From a plasmid: a stretch of 64,000 nucleotides of DNA. The stretch lies in sequence record NZ_CP040051.1; one strand, given 5' to 3'. Below the pieces are notes generated by a model. The model worked only from the letters and a program-made list of their open reading frames with translations, had not been told where the DNA came from and searched no databases. Each line of letters starts with the position of its first letter. Position 1 is the stretch's first letter. Shown in pieces: positions 10,213 to 19,010 of this stretch. The position numbers and the translations under genes were made by a program.

Positions 10213-10479
10213 TTATTTGGGAGATTTAATTTTTCCGAAGAAAAAGCCGATAATGAGCTGGAAAAAATACTTGTATGGCATTTTTAAATAGTTCTCGATT
10301 AGCCAGCATATCGGGACAGCAAAGATGCCGACGATTATCGGAATTTTTGAAATATTCCAAAACAAACATCCGAAAGCGATAAGAAATAGGGCTATAGGGT
10401 TAATGCCTTTTAAACTAGGGTTATTTGAAGCTTTACCCCAATCAATGAAATTGTTGTTGTCTTCCATATCTAACTCCAA
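10213..10479 (-). CDS. Small membrane protein.
   Basis: 88 aa with two hydrophobic helices. Sits between the DotB-like and ParM-like genes. Confidence 0.4.
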   Translation of the reverse strand: MELDMEDNNNFIDWGKASNNPSLKGINPIALFLIAFGCLFWNISKIPIIVGIFAVPICWLIENYLKMPYKYFFQLIIGFFFGKIKSPK

Positions 10480-10481
10480 AA

Positions 10482-11771
10482 CTAGGCTATAAGGGCATCA
10501 AAGCCTTTTTTGCTGATGAGTCCCTTATTCAATAAATCTTTAGCCTGATTTTCAAAATTTGGTGATGAGTTTTCTGTACCTTGTGGATTGTCATTCATCA
10601 TCTTTCGAATGTATTGGATAACAAGTCCATACCCACCAGCCTGAATAGCCAGATCCAAAAGGTCATTACGAATGGATTTAGAGAAAAAGAGGTGTTCTCG
10701 TACACCTATTAATTTTCCCTCTGGCGTCTCAACGAGGCGCTGAGCAATAAATGCATGTGCTGTAGAGATAGTTTCGGTTAATTTACGATGTTGTTGGTCT
10801 GGTGGAACCAAATCCATGATACGAGGTAGTACGTTTGCAACATCGTTACTATGGATTGTTGACATAACGGGGTGTCCCGTCTTTGAGAGCTCAATTGCAG
10901 CAGAGAAAGATTCTTGGTCACGTAATTCAGCAACTAGTAGTAGTGCTGGTTTACGTCTCATTGCTTCTCTTACAGCTAGGCCAAAAGTCATGAAATGTTC
11001 AGGTATCTGACTTTGAACAATGATTGAATGCTTACTTTTAATACCGTCGTATCTGAATTCGATAGGTTCTTCAAGAGTAATAATATTGCCCTGAATATGT
11101 GTATCTTCTTCATATACGTAACGAACCATTGAAGCTAATGTTGTTGATTTTCCGTGACCAGTTTCACCAACAACATAAGTGATGCCTAGTCTCGGAATGG
11201 CTTTTAGAACGAACTCTTCAGTTAGGCCGATTTGATCATAGGTAGGTGGATCAGATGGAATAATACGTTGAACAATTTGAAAGGAAGAGTTGCCAGTTCT
11301 ATCATTACAGGCACTCACATTACAGCGGAAAATGATTTTCTCTTTTTCCACTGCATTCACATGTAACCAGCTTTCATCATTCTGTGTAGTTATATACCCT
11401 TTACCACTTTTCGAATTGCGATCTTGAAATGCGCTACAGTTATACGCGAAATTTAAACCTTTCCCTTTTTTAATTGAGCTTAGTGCTTCATTACCATTAA
11501 TAATGGTTAAAAACATATTAAGCTCAACATCTTTAAGGTTCTTCAGAGTTAATGCATAAAGCTTATTGTAACGACGAATGAGTATTGGTCTACCGGAGTT
11601 GATCAATACGTCACTCGCGTTAAAAGCATTAGCAACAGTTAAGATTTTACGCACATCTTCTTCAGAATTTATGCTGATGTTATCCAAATCAATTGTTTCA
11701 TGTCGCAACATTTGATAGGGGTGTTCAGCTTTGGGCTCTTCAGCGACGGTATCTCTAGCATAAACATTCAT
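10482..11771 (-). CDS. dotB: DotB/TraJ-like secretion ATPase (PilT/VirB11 superfamily).
   Basis: Walker A VVGETGHGKSTT, plus Asp-box/His-box style motifs (LLLVAELRD, MSTIHSN). Confidence 0.8.
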   Translation of the reverse strand: MNVYARDTVAEEPKAEHPYQMLRHETIDLDNISINSEEDVRKILTVANAFNASDVLINSGRPILIRRYNKLYALTLKNLKDVELNMFLTIINGNEALSSIKKGKGLNFAYNCSAFQDRNSKSGKGYITTQNDESWLHVNAVEKEKIIFRCNVSACNDRTGNSSFQIVQRIIPSDPPTYDQIGLTEEFVLKAIPRLGITYVVGETGHGKSTTLASMVRYVYEEDTHIQGNIITLEEPIEFRYDGIKSKHSIIVQSQIPEHFMTFGLAVREAMRRKPALLLVAELRDQESFSAAIELSKTGHPVMSTIHSNDVANVLPRIMDLVPPDQQHRKLTETISTAHAFIAQRLVETPEGKLIGVREHLFFSKSIRNDLLDLAIQAGGYGLVIQYIRKMMNDNPQGTENSSPNFENQAKDLLNKGLISKKGFDALIA

Positions 11772-11783
11772 AAGCTGTTTCTT

Positions 11784-12602
11784 TTATTGTTGAGTTTCAA
11801 TCGCAACAGGTGTTTCAACCGGATCCTTAACGACTGAACGTTCTTTGATGCTTAAAATTCGGCTATTCCACAATTTAGTGTTGTTCACAAATTGAGGTAA
11901 AGAAGTAATCTCAAAGTTGGTCTGGTTCAACATAAGTGTATTGCCGTTACCAGTAAGGGCGATATCACGACGAGCAATTGCTGGCATCGTAATTTTCCCG
12001 TCCATGACAAAACGATGGAATGCAATCATTCCTTTATATGTTTGGTTGAGACGGTTTAATTGATGCTTGAAAATAGCGTCTGCTTCACGAACACCATCTT
12101 CAATTCCTTTATTCATTGCTTCTTTAAAAGCACGTTCTTCGGCACTATTTTTGGGTTTTAACTCGTTAGGTAAGGCGTCCACACCGATTTCATAGCTCTT
12201 CACATTAAACTGTAAAAAGTCACGCCAGTTTGGTGGGGTATGTGAGAAACGAGCATTTTCTTTAATTTCATAGCGGACGCCAAGCACTGAAAGTGTACGA
12301 GGGTTTTGAACATCACTAATATTGTTTGCCTGAACAATGACAGGGGGAACAACAACAGTATTAATCATTAAACGCTGAAAGTCGTAAATAGAATCAAGCT
12401 TTCGTACATTGTTTGGGTTGTAAACGACTTTATCAATTTCAGTCAGACGAGCACGTAATGCATTTCGTGTAGCTGCTTCATGTACTAGTGTTTTGATTGA
12501 TTCAAGTCGAGCTGAGCTTTCAGCTTGTTTTGCAGAGTCATCTTGAGAAATGATGATTGGTGATTGCTGCAAGTAATATTGGTAATTAGGTAAATCTGCC
12601 AT
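11784..12602 (-). CDS. Type IVB secretion component, DotC/TraI-like by position (tentative).
   Basis: Lies between the DotD-like lipoprotein gene and the DotB-like gene, matching dotDCB order. No signal peptide is visible. Confidence 0.35.
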   Translation of the reverse strand: MADLPNYQYYLQQSPIIISQDDSAKQAESSARLESIKTLVHEAATRNALRARLTEIDKVVYNPNNVRKLDSIYDFQRLMINTVVVPPVIVQANNISDVQNPRTLSVLGVRYEIKENARFSHTPPNWRDFLQFNVKSYEIGVDALPNELKPKNSAEERAFKEAMNKGIEDGVREADAIFKHQLNRLNQTYKGMIAFHRFVMDGKITMPAIARRDIALTGNGNTLMLNQTNFEITSLPQFVNNTKLWNSRILSIKERSVVKDPVETPVAIETQQ

Positions 12603-12643
12603 AGTCTTAATCCTTATCTTTATTTAAATGACGGTTCATTTGA

Positions 12644-13114
12644 TTAACGATGGATCAATGTGATTGTTTTATCATTTTCATCTACAGCAACAGTTGCAGA
12701 GTTACCAAGTTGTAAGCCAACATCTTTAATGAGATCAAATCCCGTTAATTTGCGTTTGCTAAAGTTTACGATTGGGAGCTGATGAATGTTACCAGCTTCA
12801 ATAAAGCGATATCCGAAGTGATAAGCTGCACTTTGAAGGAGGGTCTGAGGTTCCCCGACATAGTCAACACGAATAACGTCAGTTCTAAAGCTACGTTGAC
12901 GTAAAGCTAAATCTTCGTTAAAGGCTTTTTTATCTAACGCATAAGTTTGTTGTTCAGCTACAGCATCTTGAGCCGCTTGACTCAAAATACCTAAAGGCGA
13001 TTCAACATCAAATTTAGGGCTTGGAACGTAGTAGTAGCTTTGGCATCCAGTCAAAGTGGCAACAGAGATACAAAGGACAGTGAGTGAACGACGAATTGAA
13101 GGTACTATTTTCAT
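12644..13114 (-). CDS. DotD/TraH-like lipoprotein.
   Basis: Lipobox LTGCQ after a signal peptide. First gene of the dotDCB-like operon. Confidence 0.5.
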   Translation of the reverse strand: MKIVPSIRRSLTVLCISVATLTGCQSYYYVPSPKFDVESPLGILSQAAQDAVAEQQTYALDKKAFNEDLALRQRSFRTDVIRVDYVGEPQTLLQSAAYHFGYRFIEAGNIHQLPIVNFSKRKLTGFDLIKDVGLQLGNSATVAVDENDKTITLIHR

Positions 13115-14050
13115 AATTACACCTAGTGTTTGCTATTGTTAGTAGAAGTGCTCAAGGCAGCTTCGGCTTGTAGCAACAAGTATAAATTCTAAATTTTAAA
13201 AAATATATAGTATTAAAAAATAAAAACGCAGAATAAGCGGTCTTGAGTTCATATAAGTTGCGAACTAAAAACGTCATATCAAAAGTTATTGCTAGTTGAG
13301 CTAGTAAGGTTAATTTGTGAACAGTTTCTAATACGAGAAAAGACGAAAATTCTTTAAAAAATCAAAAAAACGATTAATTTGATCTTAAAAGTATGAAATG
13401 TAATGAATAAAAAGAATTTATTTCCAAATAATCTTGAAAACTTGTAGTTAAATTTAAATAAATCTACAAATAAGAAAAACAGATTAAATATTTGGACAAA
13501 AGTCGACAAGTCTAACGTCTAATTAAAATCAAAATAGAAATTTTTATAATGTAAAGCGTAGTATATAACATGGAGAAATTTATAGAATTATTTGATTTTA
13601 TTAATATTATTTTATTATTTTAATGAAAATAACTGATATAAGATATAATTTTTATTCCAATAATATAAGTATGAATAATATTCTATATATTTTATAGAAA
13701 TGAATATTGTTAAAAAATAAAATTTCTTATTTTTTCAATTAAGAAAATAAAGACCATTTAACTTTTTCTATTTATGTAAATAAGATTTAAAAAAATAATT
13801 AACATGTAGCATCACGTGAATGGTTGAAAGTTATATCAAGTTAAATGCTAATGAATGTACTTAGTATCTGCTTAAAAGTGGAATTTAATAAAGTTAAGGA
13901 TGGGTAACGAGCAAGGAGTGTTGCAAACGGTAAGTTTTTAAGCAAAACTGCAATCTGATGAGACATGATCTAGATCGAAGTGAAAGCAGTTGAGCAACAC
14001 TCCGTATCTGATAGGTGTAATAAATTTAAAATTATCGTGGTGTTTGAATT
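13115..14050. promoter_or_regulatory. About 0.9-kb AT-rich non-coding region carrying divergent promoters and an inverted repeat (GAGTGTTGC … GCAACACTC around 13916–14007). Possibly an origin-like region.
   Basis: No ORFs, extreme AT content, and flanked by divergent operons. Confidence 0.35.
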
Positions 14051-15955
14051 ATGAAGGCTGGCTCGGAATTAGAATTCAATGCAAAAAAATATCCAAAAAG
14101 TATTAAAGGCTTGGAGACACGTGTATTTGATTATTCTGAGAAAACAATAATCAGATATACCAATGTTTGGAAAAAACTTTTAAAACAATATGGGTTAGAA
14201 GATCAAGTTTTGGTAAATCCAGAATATACGCTGGAAACAGTAGTAAATAATCTTATTTCTGAATATGGAAATAATGAATTGCGAAACTCCACTTTTAGAC
14301 ACTATCGATCTGCACTTATTCATCGTATGGGGGTGATCTTGAGTGAACAAAAGAGGGATGGTGAGAAGCTTGTAGCATTGCCTAAGCTGGCAAGACTTTT
14401 TGAAAGTTTGAAAGCAGTTGAGGCGACTGATGATAAAAAACAGCCGAACCGATCTAGCAGTTCGAAGCTCAAGTACTTTCCAAAAGATCTTTATGAATTT
14501 GTGTTAGGCAGCAGTTTTAATTTGAACAGGTCTAATTTGGGGTTGATGTTAAAGCTGTTTATAGAAGCAAATACTATGATTGGATTGAGGCCAGTGGAGT
14601 GGCAAAGCTTAAGGTTGGCATGTGATGTTGAAGAGAGATGCTTATCTCTTGTGGTCGATAATGCAAAAAATACTCAGGGTAGAGCGAACGGCGACATAAG
14701 GATTCTTAATATGATTGAGCCTGATCCAATCAAGCTTAAGAATCAATTAAGGGCAATACTTGGGTTTAAGAGATTGCTCGATTTAGAACTGGAGGCAAGA
14801 GCTAGAAAGTTCTTAACTGAAAGAAGTAGAGAGACTAATGAAACTTATAAAATTTACATCGCAAGTAAAGAGCCAGACAGTTTTGAATTTGAGTTCATTC
14901 ATTGGAAAGGTTCCCAAACCGTTAACTGTATAGAAGCCGTAAACTGTATAAAACCTGAGAATGGAACTGGAGAAACCGTAAACTGGATTTCTACTGAAAA
15001 CGAACTTGAGCAAAATATTGAAGATAGAACAAACGGCGCATTACCTTCCATAAACGGACCAGATACCGTAAACAGAATATCGTCCGGACATGGCCAGAAT
15101 ACGACTGACGGCAATAAAGCTGGCGGTAGTGAATTTAACTATGAGCGAGTGATTGAAGACGGCGCTCATTCTTCCGTAAACGGAATAAATACCGTAGACA
15201 GAATATGGGCCGTAGACGGAATAAATAAAGTTGATGGGAGTGATCACGGCGCATTACCTTCCGCGAACGGACCAGATACCGTAAACGGAATAAAGGCCAT
15301 AGACGGAAATAATACAGTTGATGGAATTAACGCCGTTGCCGGAATAAAGGGGGGTGGGACAAATCAAGCCATTTCTACTGCTTCTACTGCGCCAGCTCCA
15401 GAGTTGACCGACTTCGGATTTAATTCAGTTGCCGGAGAAATACAGCAAACTGGTAGAAATACCGATCACGGAAAAATGGCTGCCTTATTGGGTGCTTATA
15501 ACGCCGTGGTAATTGAAAGTTATGTTGATCGTTATGGCACGATTCAATATGCACTATGTCAAAGTGTGATGGATTCATTGCAACGTAAATTAAAAGATAT
15601 GAGCAATGAATTTTATGAAAAGAAAAAGTTTGGTTTACCTGAAGAGTTAGCTTCAAATAAAGCAAATGCTACGATTTACAGTACACGCCATCAAGCGGTA
15701 GCTAATCGAAAAAAATATAAGTGGAAAGAAGAAGAGGTCGCAGGTTGGTTTGGGCATGCAAGTGTTCAAACGGCGTCAAGACACTATGGTGTGGCTGGTA
15801 AAGGTTGGGGGGATAAACCTATGTTTAGAACTTCGAAATTTAGTCTTGAAAAAGTCAGAATGAGAGAGCAGCAAGTTAATCAAACCAAACAGCTCACGGA
15901 AGAAGATGTATTAAATTCGGTTTTATCTGATAAAGATTTAGATGATCTATTGTAA
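14051..15955 (+). CDS. Tyrosine-recombinase-like protein (634 aa) with a ~150-aa in-frame repeat insertion.
   Basis: Box I-like IGLRPVEWQSLRL. The C-terminal segment YSTRHQAVAN...GWFGHASVQTASRHYG matches the box II R-H…GH…Y pattern. A hexapeptide/18-nt tandem array lies between them. Confidence 0.55.
   Translation: MKAGSELEFNAKKYPKSIKGLETRVFDYSEKTIIRYTNVWKKLLKQYGLEDQVLVNPEYTLETVVNNLISEYGNNELRNSTFRHYRSALIHRMGVILSEQKRDGEKLVALPKLARLFESLKAVEATDDKKQPNRSSSSKLKYFPKDLYEFVLGSSFNLNRSNLGLMLKLFIEANTMIGLRPVEWQSLRLACDVEERCLSLVVDNAKNTQGRANGDIRILNMIEPDPIKLKNQLRAILGFKRLLDLELEARARKFLTERSRETNETYKIYIASKEPDSFEFEFIHWKGSQTVNCIEAVNCIKPENGTGETVNWISTENELEQNIEDRTNGALPSINGPDTVNRISSGHGQNTTDGNKAGGSEFNYERVIEDGAHSSVNGINTVDRIWAVDGINKVDGSDHGALPSANGPDTVNGIKAIDGNNTVDGINAVAGIKGGGTNQAISTASTAPAPELTDFGFNSVAGEIQQTGRNTDHGKMAALLGAYNAVVIESYVDRYGTIQYALCQSVMDSLQRKLKDMSNEFYEKKKFGLPEELASNKANATIYSTRHQAVANRKKYKWKEEEVAGWFGHASVQTASRHYGVAGKGWGDKPMFRTSKFSLEKVRMREQQVNQTKQLTEEDVLNSVLSDKDLDDLL
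14909..15362. repeat. Tandem array of 18-nt units (cores CCGTAAACGG, CCGTAGACGG, CCATAGACGG) lying in frame inside the recombinase-like gene.
   Basis: Read directly: cores at 15174, 15192, 15210, 15268 and others, spaced 18 nt apart. A higher-order ~225-nt duplication is visible (GALPS[IA]NGPDTVN repeated). Confidence 0.7.
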
Positions 15956-16038
15956 ATAAAATTGCATTCAGGTATTTTTAAAAATAGATATATCTTTTTT
16001 TAAAAATACGGTGGCTGGTATGCTGTTCGATACAAAAA

Positions 16039-16221
16039 TTGCTTTATTTTGTGGTTTGCTTGGTGGCATTTACAGTGCTATTGCCTACTTTGAATACCTA
16101 TTTTGAAATCCCTAATGTTGAACTATATGAGAGTATGAAAGCGAGACTTTTGCTGGCGGCTATCATCATTGCTGTGATTAGTGGGCCACTCTCATTTTTT
16201 TATTATTTATACGGCGGTTGA
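16039..16221 (+). CDS. Small membrane protein (60 aa).
   Basis: Two hydrophobic helices. Weak call. Confidence 0.3.
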   Translation: MLYFVVCLVAFTVLLPTLNTYFEIPNVELYESMKARLLLAAIIIAVISGPLSFFYYLYGG

Positions 16222-16227
16222 GCAGCA

Positions 16228-16560
16228 ATGAAGATACCTCTAATCATAATTGTGGTTTTATGCACTTTATATTTTTTAAATCTTTCATTGAAATCAAATA
16301 TGAAAGACATTCACAAAAACGAGATCAGCGATAAAGCGTATTTTCGTTTGAGTAGTGAATATAACTACATCAAGGAAAGTCCTGCTGGTGATGAAATGAG
16401 AGCTAAGATCATCAATGGCTTAGTGGATGGGATGATAGATGGTAACGAATATAAATCTATTATTGGAGAAGAGCCTGACTATGATCTTAGTACTGATGCT
16501 GAAAAAGCAACATACAAAGAGGCAAAACAAAAATTTATTGATGAATTTAAACCTTCATAA
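16228..16560 (+). CDS. Small N-terminally anchored protein, paralogue of the next gene.
   Basis: N-terminal TM segment. Shares AGDE…, Y(K/T)EAK…(I/L)(D/K)EFK blocks with the 16576 ORF. Confidence 0.5.
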   Translation: MKIPLIIIVVLCTLYFLNLSLKSNMKDIHKNEISDKAYFRLSSEYNYIKESPAGDEMRAKIINGLVDGMIDGNEYKSIIGEEPDYDLSTDAEKATYKEAKQKFIDEFKPS

Positions 16561-16575
16561 ATAGAGGCCATATTA

Positions 16576-16902
16576 ATGAAAAAGCTTTTTATAGGGCTTG
16601 TAATAATAGTAATTGCGCTGATCATCGTTACACAATACTTCAAAGCTAGAAGTTACAAAGTTGAAGTTGATGATAAGGGTTACTACATACTCAATGAAAT
16701 GTATGAGCATGTTAAAAATAGTAAGGCTGGAGATGAGCTTGAAATACGGCTTCACACGGCGTTGGATGATGGGATTATCACTCAGGCTGAATATACATAC
16801 CTCACGGACTCTGAATTGCCATCGATGGCAGTTCAAGCCAGTGATAAAGAATATAAAGAAGCCAAGCTAAAAATTTTGAAAGAGTTCAAAAAAGTTTCAT
16901 AA
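16576..16902 (+). CDS. Small N-terminally anchored protein, paralogue of the 16228 gene.
   Basis: Same architecture, with RBS and ATG 15 nt after the previous stop. Confidence 0.5.
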   Translation: MKKLFIGLVIIVIALIIVTQYFKARSYKVEVDDKGYYILNEMYEHVKNSKAGDELEIRLHTALDDGIITQAEYTYLTDSELPSMAVQASDKEYKEAKLKILKEFKKVS

Positions 16903-16952
16903 ATGAAAGTTTGTATCTATAGAACAGCTTAGATCCGTTCTCGGACTAACAT

Positions 16953-16987
16953 ACAGTAAACGGTATTAGTGACGGTAACGGATAAAG
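16953..16987. repeat. Intergenic repeat unit R1 (ACAGTAAACGG…GACGGTAACGGATAAAG).
   Basis: Member of a motif family shared with the array inside the recombinase-like gene. Confidence 0.6.
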
Positions 16988-17040
16988 TGACTAAGACAAA
17001 TTAATCTTAGACATAACATGATATTTATTGGAGACTTTAA

Positions 17041-17487
17041 ATGATAGAAAACTCACCTATCCCACTAATTGATAAATTAGTAAAAGAAAAAAATTTTGTT
17101 CTTCTAACTTGGGATGCTCGCTATTCCAGTGGGGCATGGGCATGTTGTTTGCCTTATCTTAATCAATGTGAAGTTGTTTATGAGGCTTCTGAAGATGGTG
17201 ATACTCTGATGATCCCTAAAATGGAATATTTACTTAATACTAATTGGCTTCCCATTATGGATGGCTCAAGCGCTATGGATGCCTTAGAAAAGTTAGAGAC
17301 TCGTTTAGCAACATTGCCAACTGATTTTCTTGCTGACAATGATTGGATTAATGCAACTGATGAAGCCATAAATTATTTAAGTAGAATTTCAAAAAAGTAT
17401 GAAGATGATGATGGTGGAATGGATGGAAAACTAAAACCTCTACCTATTGACTACAGAGAGATTAAGTTTCCTCAAGGCTTGTCCTAA
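17041..17487 (+). CDS. Hypothetical acidic cytoplasmic protein (148 aa).
   Basis: Clean ORF with an RBS. Confidence 0.5.
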   Translation: MIENSPIPLIDKLVKEKNFVLLTWDARYSSGAWACCLPYLNQCEVVYEASEDGDTLMIPKMEYLLNTNWLPIMDGSSAMDALEKLETRLATLPTDFLADNDWINATDEAINYLSRISKKYEDDDGGMDGKLKPLPIDYREIKFPQGLS

Positions 17488-17489
17488 AT

Positions 17490-17525
17490 CAGTAAACGGT
17501 ATAAACGCCGTGGACGGATAAAGGC
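17490..17525. repeat. Intergenic repeat unit R2 (CAGTAAACGG-N8-CCGTGGACGGATAAAG).
   Basis: Starts 2 nt after the stop codon. Two 10-bp palindromic cores 18 nt apart. Confidence 0.6.
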
Positions 17526-17561
17526 TCTCCCCAATAGACTTAACTTATATAGGTGGCTTAA

Positions 17562-17864
17562 ATGAAAACAGATGATGTTATTGAACACATCGAAAATCAA
17601 AATGTGACAGCAGTAGAATTACTCGATGAGTTTGATCCGAACTTGCAATTCAAATTCGCAAAAGCAATGACGGCGTTAAAACAGATTATTGATGATGTTC
17701 GGATTCTTTATCCAGATGCCTCTTACTACATTCAAGATGATGCTTTTTATCTAATGCTAGGAGATAGCCATTCTGGTGATCATAAACAGAATGCAAATAC
17801 AAATTTAATTGCATTGACTGATAATCATAAATTGGCAGGGTGTATCTCTGGTGGAGGATTCTAA
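17562..17864 (+). CDS. Hypothetical protein (100 aa).
   Basis: Clean ORF. Its stop overlaps the next start (TAAATGA). Confidence 0.45.
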   Translation: MKTDDVIEHIENQNVTAVELLDEFDPNLQFKFAKAMTALKQIIDDVRILYPDASYYIQDDAFYLMLGDSHSGDHKQNANTNLIALTDNHKLAGCISGGGF

Positions 17865-18191
17865 ATGAATATGTCAAACGAATATAAACCAATGCTTATC
17901 AAGCACAATAAGTCACAGCCACGTATTAAAAGTATCGAGGACAGGGTATTTCAAGTCTTTGGCATTTTTGCGCTAATTGCTTTTGGGTTAACAACGTGGG
18001 ACCTCTTTGCCGCTGGGGAGCTCTCAGTTCTAAGTTTTAATATGACTTCTGAGGAAATACATCAGTTATCTGAAGCGTTTATGGAAGCGCTCTTTTCCCG
18101 TGTATTTATGTTGGTCATTTTTATTTTCTTCGGTGGTTTTGCTCTACTTAATTTAATCAAACTTATTCAATTGTTTGATTCTGGCAAATAA
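17865..18191 (+). CDS. Small membrane protein (108 aa).
   Basis: Two TM helices. Confidence 0.45.
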   Translation: MNMSNEYKPMLIKHNKSQPRIKSIEDRVFQVFGIFALIAFGLTTWDLFAAGELSVLSFNMTSEEIHQLSEAFMEALFSRVFMLVIFIFFGGFALLNLIKLIQLFDSGK

Positions 18192-18203
18192 ATTACGGCG
18201 GCG

Positions 18204-18263
18204 AATTCCGGCCACGTAAAAGTACAGTAATCGGCGTACCAATTTCGACTACGAAAATATTAA
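18204..18263. repeat. Intergenic repeat unit R3 (AATTCCGG…ACAGTAATCGG…AATATTAAG).
   Basis: Shares the AATTCCGG and AATATTAAG ends with unit R4a. Confidence 0.55.
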
Positions 18264-18269
18264 GAGGAT

Positions 18270-18641
18270 TTGAAAATGTTTAAAAGTGAACATGTGGTGA
18301 AAGAGCAAGATTTAGATAAGCTAATTAAAGAAAATCCCTATACTCAAAAAATAGTCCAGCATTTGAAAGATTTTGAAAACATTGAAATAGGGATTGTCTT
18401 ATTTATGGGTTTACCAGTTGCTGACCACGATTCCATAAATAAGCTACATCTTAAGTTGCATGGATATATTGAATGTTTATTGGAAAATGAGATGTGTACG
18501 CAATCACAGTGCAATCTATTGAAAGCGTCATTAGATGAAATTCATTTTAACAAGGTAAAGCCACGTTCATCTTCAACACATTCAAACGACGTGTATATTA
18601 CGGATGAAGATGTGCGCCGTTCAGGTGAACTTGGTTTTTAA
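18270..18641 (+). CDS. Hypothetical protein (123 aa).
   Basis: Clean ORF with an RBS. Confidence 0.5.
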   Translation: MKMFKSEHVVKEQDLDKLIKENPYTQKIVQHLKDFENIEIGIVLFMGLPVADHDSINKLHLKLHGYIECLLENEMCTQSQCNLLKASLDEIHFNKVKPRSSSTHSNDVYITDEDVRRSGELGF

Positions 18642-18661
18642 AGACATCATACAGCGTAACC

Positions 18662-18721
18662 AATTCCGGCTACGGAAAAATACAGTAAACGGGCTTGGGT
18701 CCGGACACGGCGAATATTAAG
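18662..18721. repeat. Intergenic repeat unit R4a (AATTCCGG-CTACGG-…-ACAGTAAACGG-N9-CCGGACACGG-…AATATTAAG).
   Basis: Read directly from the sequence. Confidence 0.65.
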
Positions 18722-18748
18722 TTTTCAGTTATGACAGATGAAAGGACT

Positions 18749-18800
18749 AATTCCGGAAGCGGAGGAATACAGTAAACGGAAATAGGTCCGTACACGGAAA
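18749..18800. repeat. Intergenic repeat unit R4b (AATTCCGG-AAGCGG-…-ACAGTAAACGG-N9-CCGTACACGG).
   Basis: Near-duplicate of R4a in the same orientation. Confidence 0.65.
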
Positions 18801-18833
18801 CACAGCTTCAAACGCCGTGATAATTTAAAAATA

Positions 18834-18860
18834 GACCAGCTTTAAAGCTGGTTTTTTTGT
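18834..18860 (+). terminator. Rho-independent terminator ending the small-ORF array.
   Basis: gACCAGCtttaaaGCTGGT stem followed by T7. Confidence 0.6.
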
Positions 18861-19010
18861 GCAAGCTATTTATAATTAGAAACTATAAATTTTTTAAAAC
18901 TAAAAAGTTTTCTGAAATATTTTTATTTTCTTAGGTAATTTTAAAAAAAAGATATTGCATATTTTTAAAAATACTAAGACAATAGCCACTATAAGCAACT
19001 GACACTAGAT

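Noticed and set aside
18731-18775. 14-codon ORF (MTDERTNSGSGGIQ) inside repeat unit R4b
   Set aside because: The reading frame is produced by the repeat sequence itself and has no RBS, so it is unlikely to be a gene.
16903-18830. Canonical integron attC sites after each small ORF
   Set aside because: I searched the repeat units for the integron core sites RYYYAAC (R'') and GTTRRRY (R') at their ends and found none. There is also no intI-type gene, as the recombinase-like gene lacks the IntI signature. I keep 'cassette-like' only as an analogy.
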